Positions 27,695-36,759 are shown, counted from the stretch's first letter. The stretch: 64,000 nucleotides of DNA from an uncultured Candidatus Saccharibacteria bacterium (GCA_964648105.1 CAZYMH010000001.1:79999-143998), one strand, 5' to 3'. Numbers and translations are program-made. The notes: generated from the letters alone by a model not told the origin.

Positions 27695-29134
27695 CTACAC
27701 GTAAACAGTCGCTACACCACCATTAGCCATAACAACATGACCTGCTGGTGTTTTGCTTACTTGTACGCGGCGTAGATTATTAAGACACGGCGAGCCGCTA
27801 GCATCAGTGCCACCGCCTACTTTAAGAAGTATGTCTTGTCCAGACGCAAAGCTAATCTTAAATACTCGCAAATTATCAAAATACTGCACTTTTTCGGTGA
27901 TATTTTTGCCATCATGTATACCTGTATTTGCAAAATTACCACTTACTCTTTGCATACTATACGTTGTTGAGTTGTCTTGAATATGCCGCGTCAAATAATT
28001 TATCAGCCATTTGTGAGAATGTTTGCTCGGGGTGTTAGTCGGTAAGCCAATTGCATCGTTATAACTCGCCAGTGCAACCTCACGACTATTCAATATTCCC
28101 AAGGCATGAGCTTCGGCGATATCTTCAATCGAAATTGTATCAGGCTTAACACCTTCCAGTGAATTTACTTTATTTTTAGCATGCGACACACTTAACTCAT
28201 CATGTTTATCTCTGTTATTCAATATATTTGTATATGCTTGTCTAACAGAAGAACTGTCTATATTTTTGATTGCTTTTACGATATCACCACCACGATTTGA
28301 GTTTAAGTCTGGTATATTGATTCCAGATTGTCTTGGTCGGATATTTTGTGTACTAGGAGGTGTCCCATCGGGAGTTTTAGCCGTAGTTACTGTACTCATA
28401 TTATCTTTTACGACTTTAGCATCGTCTGGCAAGGTATTCTTATCGTTAAATATTTCTGCTACGTTACGTTTTACTTCTTTTAAATTGTCGTTATCACAAC
28501 TACTTAAAGCCCATAAACCAAGTGCAGCTGCACCAATTAACCCGAGTATTACCAATCCTTTTTTGTTCTTCTCTTTTTCTTGCTTAGTCTCTTCTAGCAC
28601 TGCAGTTTGATTACTTTTTTGGTCTTTTCCGACGTATTGTCTTAAAATTGTGTTATCTGGCTGAACCTCATCGACAGTATATTGAGGGTAAACAACTGCC
28701 TGCCACCCCGAATATTGCTTAGCACTTTTTTTGATTTTTTTATCTTTTTTCGATTTAACAGATGGGTCATTTTGGTTTGAAGGCCTATCTTCCACAACCT
28801 CCTCAGGCATTTTTTCATTTTTTACAGTATTGTCAGAATCATCTTTATTTGCTCTTTTTTCTTTTAGTCTGCTAAATATCCCGATAAATTTCCCACCTTC
28901 TTGTTTCTTGGGTGGTTCAGTTGACATTGAGTTATCATCTTCGCCAGTTCCATTATTCTTTTCAATCGGATTATCTGTTACAGAAAAATCACCTTCTTCG
29001 TCTTCGACCATATCTATACCTTCGACTACTGTCGTTTCATCTGGTTCTACATCAATTATTTCAGTTTCATCAGGGTAGTGTATTCTTTCGTCTTCTGGAA
29101 GCTTGGCGTTTAATTTATTAATAATATCGCCCAT
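27695..29134 (-). CDS. hypothetical single-pass membrane protein (acidic N-terminal region, extracytoplasmic C-domain)
   Basis: 479 aa: D/E/K-rich N-terminal half, TM GLVILGLIGAAALGLWAL, then a C-terminal domain. Confidence 0.6.
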   Translation of the reverse strand: MGDIINKLNAKLPEDERIHYPDETEIIDVEPDETTVVEGIDMVEDEEGDFSVTDNPIEKNNGTGEDDNSMSTEPPKKQEGGKFIGIFSRLKEKRANKDDSDNTVKNEKMPEEVVEDRPSNQNDPSVKSKKDKKIKKSAKQYSGWQAVVYPQYTVDEVQPDNTILRQYVGKDQKSNQTAVLEETKQEKEKNKKGLVILGLIGAAALGLWALSSCDNDNLKEVKRNVAEIFNDKNTLPDDAKVVKDNMSTVTTAKTPDGTPPSTQNIRPRQSGINIPDLNSNRGGDIVKAIKNIDSSSVRQAYTNILNNRDKHDELSVSHAKNKVNSLEGVKPDTISIEDIAEAHALGILNSREVALASYNDAIGLPTNTPSKHSHKWLINYLTRHIQDNSTTYSMQRVSGNFANTGIHDGKNITEKVQYFDNLRVFKISFASGQDILLKVGGGTDASGSPCLNNLRRVQVSKTPAGHVVMANGGVATVYV

Positions 29135-29151
29135 TTCACGGTTTTCTTTGC

Positions 29152-29277
29152 CTAGTCGATTTGATCTTTGGCACTATATAATTCTTGTTCTAAAGCACTC
29201 ATACGTGCTTCCATGTCGTTAATTTGCTTCTGCAAACTCTCATCTTTTTTTCTAAAAAATCCAAGCTCTGGTGACAT
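29152..29277 (-). CDS. possible small coiled-coil protein (41 aa)
   Basis: Below the track cutoff. ATG at 29277; sequence MSPELGFFRKKDESLQKQINDMEARMSALEQELYSAKDQID. The stop lies 17 nt upstream of the next start. Confidence 0.35.
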   Translation of the reverse strand: MSPELGFFRKKDESLQKQINDMEARMSALEQELYSAKDQID

Positions 29278-29381
29278 ATAACTCTCCTCTTACTTAGCTA
29301 CATTATATAATTTAACTACATCATACAACCATTATTATACTTAGTCAATTTTATTAAGAAGCATAAGTTTAATAATTTTTT

Positions 29382-29419
29382 ACAAAACAAAAACCCCCCT
29401 ACCTACTTCGGTAGAGGGG
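29382..29419 (-). terminator. Rho-independent terminator
   Basis: On the minus strand, a CCCCTCTACC-gaag-TAGGTAGGGGGG hairpin followed by TTTTTGTTTTG. It lies downstream of gene 29503-30459. Confidence 0.7.
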
Positions 29420-29502
29420 TAATTATTTAGAGCGGTCAGTTTTTAGGATCCTATACCGTTCTTACACTCGGACTGTCCATTTATCGACAAAATTCAGTGG
29501 GT

Positions 29503-30459
29503 TTAAGCACGAATACGTCGAGAAAGAACGTTGTAACCTAGTGCAGCTACACTACTAACTACTATAAAGATAGCAACGACGCTACCTGCACCAGTTTCTG
29601 GCATTGCAGTTGGAGTAGTTGTTGTAGTTGTAGTTGGAGGAGTAACTACTGGTGGAGTAGTTGACTCAAACTTCACATTCTTAGCACATGCATCAGCAGT
29701 CTTCCACTCTGAATTACCATCAGCGTATTTTACCAATACGCTTGCAACAATTCGGTAAGAACCATCTTTTGCATATGTATGACTTGCAGTTTGGCTGTTT
29801 ACAACAGTACCGTCACCAAAGTCGATTTTGTAGTCAACAATAGTTGCATTGTTAACTGAACCACTTACAGTTACTTCAACCTTACGAGTTTTGTCGTAAG
29901 TTTTTACATCGGCTGCTTTACAAACACCAGTAGAAACTGGAGGTTGCTCTTGGCAAGTTACTTTAACTTTGAAGTTCACAAACTCTGTTGTAGAACCAGT
30001 TAATGTACCGATATTTACACCATTTACAATTGTATCTGGCAAAGTTTTAATAGCAGTTGCATTACCATCATAAAGAACAGTAGTACCGTTTATTAAACTT
30101 TGTGTTGCACCGTTAGGCAAACTAACACTTGCCGTGTCGCTTGTACCAGATGCACCGCCTAAATCAGTGGTAGCTGTAGCAGTACTAACACCGCCATTTG
30201 TTGGCAAAGTAGCCTTCAAAATAACGTTATTTAGTCCACCAAATTGGGTGTTGCTTAGTTGCATGCTGTATTTTAGTTCATCACCACAGCTTGCAGATAC
30301 GCTGTTAGAGTATGAACCACCTTTAGTTACATTTTTAACTAGGTAGTTATCACCACCAGCTAATTGGCCTGGGCTACCAGCCAAGGCAGCACCAGAAAAT
30401 GCTAAAACCACAGTATTAAGTACAGCACTGGTCATAGCTAAAGTTTTTAGATTTTTCAT
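29503..30459 (-). CDS. sortase-anchored surface protein with PKD domain (MPETG sorting signal)
   Basis: Signal peptide, PKD motif IDFGDGT...HTYAKDGSY, T/P linker, then a C-terminal MPETG + hydrophobic helix + RRIRA tail. SD AAGGAGA. Confidence 0.8.
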   Translation of the reverse strand: MKNLKTLAMTSAVLNTVVLAFSGAALAGSPGQLAGGDNYLVKNVTKGGSYSNSVSASCGDELKYSMQLSNTQFGGLNNVILKATLPTNGGVSTATATTDLGGASGTSDTASVSLPNGATQSLINGTTVLYDGNATAIKTLPDTIVNGVNIGTLTGSTTEFVNFKVKVTCQEQPPVSTGVCKAADVKTYDKTRKVEVTVSGSVNNATIVDYKIDFGDGTVVNSQTASHTYAKDGSYRIVASVLVKYADGNSEWKTADACAKNVKFESTTPPVVTPPTTTTTTTPTAMPETGAGSVVAIFIVVSSVAALGYNVLSRRIRA

Positions 30460-30568
30460 AACTTATCTCCTTATATAAAATTTAGATATTATTTAGTCTA
30501 GTTTTAGTTATTAAATTATTTATTACTTAACAAACTAGATAGTTACTGGCTTTCAATTTATTTCAGTT

Positions 30569-30688
30569 GGGGGTTGTTACGACTAGCTGATTTTGTTCGA
30601 GAGCGGATGCTCAAGATTAAAATCAGCTAGTCGCCGAGGGGAGTTGGGAGCGTGTCTTGGGTTTAACCAAGCTTGCGTCGACCAACTC
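30569..30688. repeat. structured hairpin module A (homologous to 36593-36739)
   Basis: GGGGGT, then a perfect 15-nt inverted repeat CGACTAGCTGATTTT (30580-30594) / AAAATCAGCTAGTCG (30619-30633), then a nested hairpin GAGTTGG...CCAACTC (30641-30688). Confidence 0.7.
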
Positions 30689-30834
30689 GCCTCACAACCG
30701 ACTATTACTTCAATGGAATCACTTCCTTTCTTTGCTCACAATGTGTGGGCGAAAATGGAATATTGTAGAGTCATAAAGACTCTGCTAGTCCAATGGAACC
30801 ACCCTACCTTTCAAAATCGATTTTTGAAATTACC

Positions 30835-32025
30835 TCACTCGGGACGAGTGGGGTATGTGATCGCGAACGTCTGCGACTTGATGTCGCTGGCGTTGCCGAG
30901 CGAGGCGGTCATGGTGACCATCATGCTGGTGGGCCGAAGCGGGTCCGAGGGTGCGTAAAAGATCACGCAGTGGTCAGAGTTCCCGGCCGGAAGGCTGGAA
31001 AAGGTGACCTCAGCGGTCGGCACGTTGCTATCGCAACGGCTAACCGCTCCGATACCCGGGTCGATCGTGAGTGACCCGTTGGGGTCGCTCGCGTTCACCT
31101 TGATAGTGAAAGGCCCACTCGACTTCCCCGAAGGGATGTCGTTAAGAGTCGTGGAAGCCACGATCTTGATCGACTTCGCCGAAGGGGGCGGATTGACTGG
31201 CGGGGTCGTGGTCGTCTGCGTCGAGCAGATGTTGACAACGTTTCCGTTGTTCTCCTTGTAGACCACCTTCACCGTGCCATCTGCCATGGTCATGGTGACC
31301 ATCGAACAGTTGGCATTGACTTGGACAGTGGTCTGGTTGATGACCGTCGTGTTGTTGTTGACGATCGTGCAGACCGAGCTGTTGTTCCAGGTCCCACCCT
31401 TGGCCTCACAGTCCTGACGAGCGGTCTGTGTCGTGTCGACACTGGCCGTCTGAGAGGACTGGTTACCCTGACAGGCTGCTCCGCTGTTAGCGGGATTGAC
31501 CTGTCCGTTCACGCACGAAGATGCGGGCGTGGGCGTGGGTTGCGGAGTCGGAACGACTCGCGGCTTAGGCTTGGGCCGCTTCGGGACGCGAACGGGAATT
31601 CGTCCGGTCCGAAGGTTACCACAGGTGGTCGCATAGGACATCTTGACGATGCCGTCGGCGGTGTCGGAAGCGTAGGCCCAGATGACCTCACCTTTGCGGT
31701 AAGTGGTCATCCCGACAGGCACAAAACGTCCACCCTTGCAGGTAAAGTTCTGAACTCGGGTTGTCCGAGCCACGGTCACCTTAACAAGGTGCTTTCGCAC
31801 CAGGTCACTGGCAGACCCGTCGAGACGGACCTTGTTGTGGGTCGGCTTCACAACGTCATCCATAACGCCGTGATTCGTCCATCCCTGGACGACTGCCTTG
31901 ACAGTGTTGCCACCGCCACACGCACCGGCCGCCGAGGCGGTTGAGCTGTTCACGAGCCCGAAGGCCATGAACGAACTTGCGATCGCCCCAGAGGCGATCA
32001 GAAAGTGCTTCATATTACGAGCCAT
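30835..32025 (-). CDS. G+C-rich secreted hypothetical protein (foreign composition)
   Basis: 396 aa with AAGGAGG 5 nt upstream of the ATG. Signal peptide MKHFLIASGAIASSFMAFGLV..ASA, Pro-rich linkers (KRPKPKPRVVPTPQPTPTP, TTTTPPVNPPP) and Cys pairs. Shadow ORFs in several frames are typical of high-GC DNA. Confidence 0.75.
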   Translation of the reverse strand: MARNMKHFLIASGAIASSFMAFGLVNSSTASAAGACGGGNTVKAVVQGWTNHGVMDDVVKPTHNKVRLDGSASDLVRKHLVKVTVARTTRVQNFTCKGGRFVPVGMTTYRKGEVIWAYASDTADGIVKMSYATTCGNLRTGRIPVRVPKRPKPKPRVVPTPQPTPTPASSCVNGQVNPANSGAACQGNQSSQTASVDTTQTARQDCEAKGGTWNNSSVCTIVNNNTTVINQTTVQVNANCSMVTMTMADGTVKVVYKENNGNVVNICSTQTTTTPPVNPPPSAKSIKIVASTTLNDIPSGKSSGPFTIKVNASDPNGSLTIDPGIGAVSRCDSNVPTAEVTFSSLPAGNSDHCVIFYAPSDPLRPTSMMVTMTASLGNASDIKSQTFAITYPTRPE

Positions 32026-32334
32026 GACTACCTCCTTTTAGGAGAGATTGGCCATATACGTGGTCATGACGTCACGTACAGACACATTACCCTGATTGGG
32101 CGATGCACACTACTAGCAGTCTAATACTAGCAAAGTGCATCGTCCAAGATGTATTGTCTAAACGTGCTTAGTCATGTTTTGTGATTCATTAAAAATAGTC
32201 GATTGTTATATTAAGGCTTTCTATCGACGAACGAGCTACTAACTACTAGTGTAACTAGAGTAAAAGCTCAAGTTCGGATCAAAAACCCATAACTATCTAG
32301 TTTAAGTACACCATCCCAACTCTCCCAAAAAATC

Positions 32335-32363
32335 CTGTTTCCAAGGACCGTCCTTGGAAACAG
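32335..32363 (+). repeat. REP-like perfect palindrome, copy 1
   Basis: CTGTTTCCAAGGAC-C-GTCCTTGGAAACAG (14-nt arms). Confidence 0.9.
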
Positions 32364-32577
32364 CTAGTGAAAAAGCTATGTAATGGTGTGTTTTTGCCTA
32401 ATTGTTAAGCTGCTACCACCCACCTCGTTTGACAGATCCACCTCTGTTGCCACTATTCGAGCGATACTGTTGATATATTAGCACAAGCGTGCGTTTTTGT
32501 CAATAGTATTATACTAAACTTCCCCTCTCTCAAAAAACATGTTCTTAAACCCCCCACACTCCCCTCAATCCTTTGCT

Positions 32578-32596
32578 TCCAAGGACCGTCCTTGGA
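32578..32596 (+). repeat. REP-like palindrome, copy 2 (shorter arms)
   Basis: TCCAAGGAC-C-GTCCTTGGA, 31 nt upstream of the RAYT start. The flanking C-rich leader resembles that of copy 1. Confidence 0.85.
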
Positions 32597-32626
32597 TACA
32601 AGTTCCACACATGATATTATTCAACT

Positions 32627-33271
32627 ATGCCAAGTCGTAACCGAATAAAAGCTTATTCATCAGACAGCTACTACCACATTTATAATAGAGGTGTAAATAA
32701 ACAAAAAATCTTCATAGATGATGAGGATCATCGAGTTTTCCTAAATTTATTCAAACGTTATCTAAGTAAAGCCCCAGTAAAAGACAATAAGGGTAGAGAG
32801 TACGATTGGCTCTATGAACAACTAAAGCTGCTAAGTTATTGCATCATGCCAAACCACTTCCATTTGTTTATTTTTCAGAACGAATCAACAGCCATGGAGC
32901 GGCTTACCCGTCGTGTATTTACATCTTACACTCAATATTTTAATAAAAAATATCATCGAGTCGGGCCACTTTTCCAGAGCCGATATAAAGCATCATTGAT
33001 CCTATCTGAATCATATCTACTCCATATCTCACGCTACATTCATCGAAATCCAAAAGATTATAGCAACTACAAATATTCTAGCTATAAATATTTTTTAGGT
33101 GTCCATGATTGTCCAGAGTGGCTAAATGCCCAAGCATTACTCGATATGTTCGATAACGATACCTCCCACTATCAAGCTTTTGTAGAGGACTATAAGAATT
33201 ATAAAGAAACATTAAACGAAATCTTGCCAGAACTAGCCAACACACATAACCTACAATCTACAAATCCTTAA
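32627..33271 (+). CDS. IS200-like Y1 HUH transposase, REP-associated tyrosine transposase (RAYT) type
   Basis: YHIYNRG, HUH motif MPNHFHLFI and catalytic-Tyr region SRYIHRNP. 214 aa, bracketed by REP-like palindromes. Confidence 0.8.
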   Translation: MPSRNRIKAYSSDSYYHIYNRGVNKQKIFIDDEDHRVFLNLFKRYLSKAPVKDNKGREYDWLYEQLKLLSYCIMPNHFHLFIFQNESTAMERLTRRVFTSYTQYFNKKYHRVGPLFQSRYKASLILSESYLLHISRYIHRNPKDYSNYKYSSYKYFLGVHDCPEWLNAQALLDMFDNDTSHYQAFVEDYKNYKETLNEILPELANTHNLQSTNP

Positions 33272-33318
33272 ATATATAATACTCCTGCAACTACACTCCT
33301 AAACTACGGGCTTTGTAC

Positions 33319-33343
33319 GTTTCCAAGGACGGTCCTTGGAAAC
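33319..33343 (-). repeat. REP-like palindrome, copy 3 (inverted relative to copies 1-2)
   Basis: GTTTCCAAGGAC-G-GTCCTTGGAAAC. The central G (versus C in copies 1-2) gives the opposite orientation. It lies 48 nt downstream of the RAYT stop. Confidence 0.9.
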
Positions 33344-33442
33344 TATTTCTATTGTCGGGTACAAGAAACAAAAAGAATCCTAAATAAATGAGTATTTAGG
33401 ATTCTTAATTAATATTTATTTTATGTTGACTATTGCTGGACT

Positions 33443-35125
33443 TTAGTAATATCGCCTTGAGGCAAAGACATAGTATCCTACGCCGCTGGCTACGCTAACA
33501 ATCACGAAGACTGCTGCCATGCTACCAGGGCCTGTGTCTGGCATTACACCACTACTAACTACCTGTGTAGTCGGTGTGTAGGTATTAGTCGAGTTGTAGT
33601 AAGTAACTTTTTCGGTGATGACTGTTTTGCAGTCAGGGCTGTCAATTGGCAAGTTTTCTTTACCTGCAACTGGGCAATAAATGACCGATTTTTCGAATTT
33701 GATGGTTTTTTTGCAATCATCTGAGGTTTTGTCGACCTCTGTACCGTTCGCAAGCTTAACCCTGACCGTCCCAACAATCATATAACTGCCGTCTTTGCTA
33801 TAGGCATGAGTGGCCGTTTGATCTGTAGATTTGGCTCCGTCACCCCAGTCGATCTGATAACCAACAATCTGAGCGTTATCGACACTTCCAGTTAGCACTG
33901 CCCTAACTTCTCGTTTGTTCGAATCTACCCCTGTTAAGTTCAATAGGCTACATTTGCCATCAGATACAGGTGGTGGTGGCGTTTCGTAAACTACTGTTTT
34001 GGTGCAAGCCTCGGAAGCATGAGACACTTCTTGACCATTTGCTAGTGTAAAGAAAGCAGTAGCTTTAACTACATATGTGCCGTCTGCTTGGTATTCATGA
34101 GTTTGGCCGACAGGAGTAGCGGTAGTGGTATTGGCTGAGCCATCACCCCAGTTAATGACAGCATTTTTGAAGGTTGCTCCGTTGGCTGTAGTTGTCTCAA
34201 ATTTAGTTACTTTTAGTACTCGACCAGTTTGCTTGGTCACTTCGAGCAAAGTACACTTGTAGTCGGCTGGTGGCGGTGGTGGCGTCTCTATTACAATCGT
34301 TTTTTTGCAAACTTCGCTCGATTTGTCGACCACCGTTCCGTTAGCTAATTTTACCTTGACTGTAGCCGTTACAGTATAAGTACCTGCCTGAGCATAGGTG
34401 TGGTTAGCAGTTTGAGTAGCTGAAGTTGTGCCATCACCCCAGTTTATTACATAGCCGACGATTTCGGCATTAGTTACCGAACCAGATACAGTTGCCGTAA
34501 CTTGCCTACCTTGTTGGCTTACAACTTGTACAGCTAAGCCAGTGCAAGCTCCATCGGACACTGGTGGTGGCGGTGTATCACAGTCTACTTTTGCCTGAAA
34601 GACCACAAACCGAATTTCGTTCAACGATACTCCTACACTACCGATATTAACTCCTGAGCCAATTACTCCATCAGGTAAGCTAGATATCACACCACTATTG
34701 GTATTAAGCAGCTCGGTTGAGCCAGCAATATAATTAAGCTTTTTGGCACTAGATAGGTTAAGTGTAGCCTGTGCAGTTGTGGTGGCTGGTTGCATGTTAG
34801 AACCACTGATAGTCGCTGTAGAGGTGTGAGTCGCACTAACAGTACTTGGCAAGCTAGCCCGAACATTAACATTACCTACTACTCCTGGGCCAGGGTTATG
34901 CAAGCGAATCTTATACTGAACTGTTTCACATGGGTCGGCGGTTTGGACACTGGCGAAACCACTGTTTTTTGTGACATTTTTTATTCGGTATATATCACCG
35001 CCTTCAATTTGGCCTTCGCCGATGGCAAACACTAGTCCGCTTGATAAGCCTGTTAACATACCTACGACTAGGCCGAAAATTGACGCCGTCCGCACCGTTT
35101 TTGCAATTTGTAGTCTTAATCTCAT
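33443..35125 (-). CDS. sortase-anchored surface protein with three PKD-like repeats (MPDTG sorting signal)
   Basis: Signal peptide and an N-domain paralogous to 29503-30459. Three repeats with (I)NWGDG...H.Y...G.Y motifs. C-terminal MPDTG + TM + SRRYY. Confidence 0.8.
   Translation of the reverse strand: MRLRLQIAKTVRTASIFGLVVGMLTGLSSGLVFAIGEGQIEGGDIYRIKNVTKNSGFASVQTADPCETVQYKIRLHNPGPGVVGNVNVRASLPSTVSATHTSTATISGSNMQPATTTAQATLNLSSAKKLNYIAGSTELLNTNSGVISSLPDGVIGSGVNIGSVGVSLNEIRFVVFQAKVDCDTPPPPVSDGACTGLAVQVVSQQGRQVTATVSGSVTNAEIVGYVINWGDGTTSATQTANHTYAQAGTYTVTATVKVKLANGTVVDKSSEVCKKTIVIETPPPPPADYKCTLLEVTKQTGRVLKVTKFETTTANGATFKNAVINWGDGSANTTTATPVGQTHEYQADGTYVVKATAFFTLANGQEVSHASEACTKTVVYETPPPPVSDGKCSLLNLTGVDSNKREVRAVLTGSVDNAQIVGYQIDWGDGAKSTDQTATHAYSKDGSYMIVGTVRVKLANGTEVDKTSDDCKKTIKFEKSVIYCPVAGKENLPIDSPDCKTVITEKVTYYNSTNTYTPTTQVVSSGVMPDTGPGSMAAVFVIVSVASGVGYYVFASRRYY
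33686..34576 (-). repeat. three tandem ~300-nt coding repeats (PKD modules)
   Basis: Each unit starts with PPPP(V/A)(S/D)(D/Y)(G/K)xC and ends with CxKT(I/V)... Boundaries are derived from protein repeat positions and are approximate. Confidence 0.6.
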
Positions 35126-35145
35126 TATTTTCTCCTTAAATTCCC

Positions 35146-36354
35146 TTAAAATGCCCCTGGATTGCCTGGATTATCAGATACAACTGGCCAGTTTATTGTG
35201 TCTTGAGCTTGATTACCCGCTTTGTCGGTAACTACACCAGTTGCAGTTGCCTCTCCGACGACTGTGCCAGCTTTGGCATCTTTGCAATATTCGCCTGTTT
35301 CATCGCCAGCGTAGACATCTGAGACGGCATTTATATCACCACTAAAAGTTATGGTTGGCATGCCTTTTATGTCACCTAGTCCATCTGGATCACTAACATA
35401 TCCACAGATCTGTAAAATACCATTAACTAACATATGCTGAGGTTTAACCATGTCAATTACTGGTGGAGCATTTTTGGGTGGAGTTGGTGGTTTAGGATTC
35501 TCTGGTGGAGTTGGCGGTGGTGGCGAAGGTGGCAGTGGCTTATCAACACACGTTACTTTGGCATATGCTGATGAACTCATTTTGTCTCTGAGGCTAATTA
35601 GTACGGAATTTTTGGTGTCAACATTGACATTCCCCATAAAAGCTCGGTATTCAGCAACGTTTTTTAGGACATTCTTGAGCGAAACTGATTGGTCACCAAC
35701 ACCGCGTGCCGCAGCTTCTGACGAACCAGCGTTACTAACGCAGTTTACTCGGGCAGTAGCCTCACTATGAAGCGTGAATGAGGTGTTAAAAGATGAAACT
35801 TCGACTACTCTACCCTTAATAATTGGAGCTTTGATTACTCGCCTAGCAGGCTTTTTATTAATCATTGGGATGACTACATTATGGCAATCTCTACCAGAGA
35901 AACCACCGCCTCTTTTAACATAACCGGTTGGTGAGTCTTTGTCTTTGCAGGCATAGACATTGCTGTCCATGCGTCGGACTTTTTGACCATATTCGTTTAC
36001 GTAGTAGTTCCAAGCTTTTTTATACCACCTGCAAGCTTTGGCTTCATGGCCAGGCTGATTAGTTTCGTTAATCCGAGTGTCGGCTACAACTGTCGCTTTA
36101 CCATATAATATCTCATCTAAATCAATGTTTTTACTAACCGTGTTTTGGGCTTCGGCAGTCATTGCTACCTCTGTTGGTCCGCTTAAACTAACGGACTTCT
36201 CCGTAGCCGTCGCTACGTTAGGACCAACAAGTGTTGCGGCGACACAAACTGCACCAATTAATCTGGCTTTTGATGAGCCAATCGCCTCGAATATCTGATG
36301 TGATAATTGTTCGTTTGGTTGTGTTTGTATTGGCATTTCTGGTGTTTTTGTCAT
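35146..36354 (-). CDS. secreted hypothetical protein with Pro-rich linker and C-terminal Ig-like domain
   Basis: 402 aa. SD AAGGAGGGG. Signal/anchor ARLIGAVCVAATLVGPNVATA, linker PLPPSPPPPTPPENPKPPTPP, and a C-domain with SDPDG. Confidence 0.65.
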   Translation of the reverse strand: MTKTPEMPIQTQPNEQLSHQIFEAIGSSKARLIGAVCVAATLVGPNVATATEKSVSLSGPTEVAMTAEAQNTVSKNIDLDEILYGKATVVADTRINETNQPGHEAKACRWYKKAWNYYVNEYGQKVRRMDSNVYACKDKDSPTGYVKRGGGFSGRDCHNVVIPMINKKPARRVIKAPIIKGRVVEVSSFNTSFTLHSEATARVNCVSNAGSSEAAARGVGDQSVSLKNVLKNVAEYRAFMGNVNVDTKNSVLISLRDKMSSSAYAKVTCVDKPLPPSPPPPTPPENPKPPTPPKNAPPVIDMVKPQHMLVNGILQICGYVSDPDGLGDIKGMPTITFSGDINAVSDVYAGDETGEYCKDAKAGTVVGEATATGVVTDKAGNQAQDTINWPVVSDNPGNPGAF

Positions 36355-36592
36355 TGTACCCCTCCTTAGTTAAATTATTAGATGGTCTAATATATTCGTT
36401 AAAGTTTAATAACACCTAACCCAGTACTCTTTGCCTCACCCCAGCTAGTCTAAATATATGTACAATACTTATTGTACTCCTATGCAAATTTAATACAAAT
36501 TGTATAAATTGTATAATATACTACATTTTCACGCTACTTTATGCTTATGCTTATGGTTTTTTGTAGCTAAATAGTCACAAATTTTAAATTAT

Positions 36593-36739
36593 GGGGGTAC
36601 GACGGCTGATTCAAATAATAGGAGCTAAAAAGCTCAGGGGACTATTAAAGTGAATCAGCCGATCGATGGGGCGAAATAGCGGGCAAATGAGGAGTATTAC
36701 CAAGAAGGTAATTAGTCTCATTGAGCCATATTACGCCCC
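36593..36739. repeat. structured hairpin module B (homologous to 30569-30688)
   Basis: GGGGGT, then CGACGGCTGATTCA (36600-36613) / TGAATCAGCCGATCG (36651-36665) with one bulge, then a nested hairpin GGGGCG...AATGAG...CTCATT...CGCCCC (36668-36739). Confidence 0.7.
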
Positions 36740-36759
36740 AGCAATCGACCTACTCTAGG

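Noticed and set aside
30569-30688. Integron attC interpretation of the hairpin modules downstream of the G+C-rich genes
   Set aside because: There are no RYYYAAC/GTTRRRY core sites at the stem ends, and no intI-type tyrosine integrase or attI in the window. Cassette-like behaviour remains possible, but not a classical integron.
30593-31944. Track ORFs 30593-30958(+), 30793-31074(+), 31004-31261(+), 31321-31944(+) and 31509-31691(-), all overlapping the G+C-rich gene
   Set aside because: These are shadow frames of high-GC DNA. They have no signal peptide, SD or domain pattern. Only the 30835-32025 minus frame has an SD, a signal peptide and a coherent protein.
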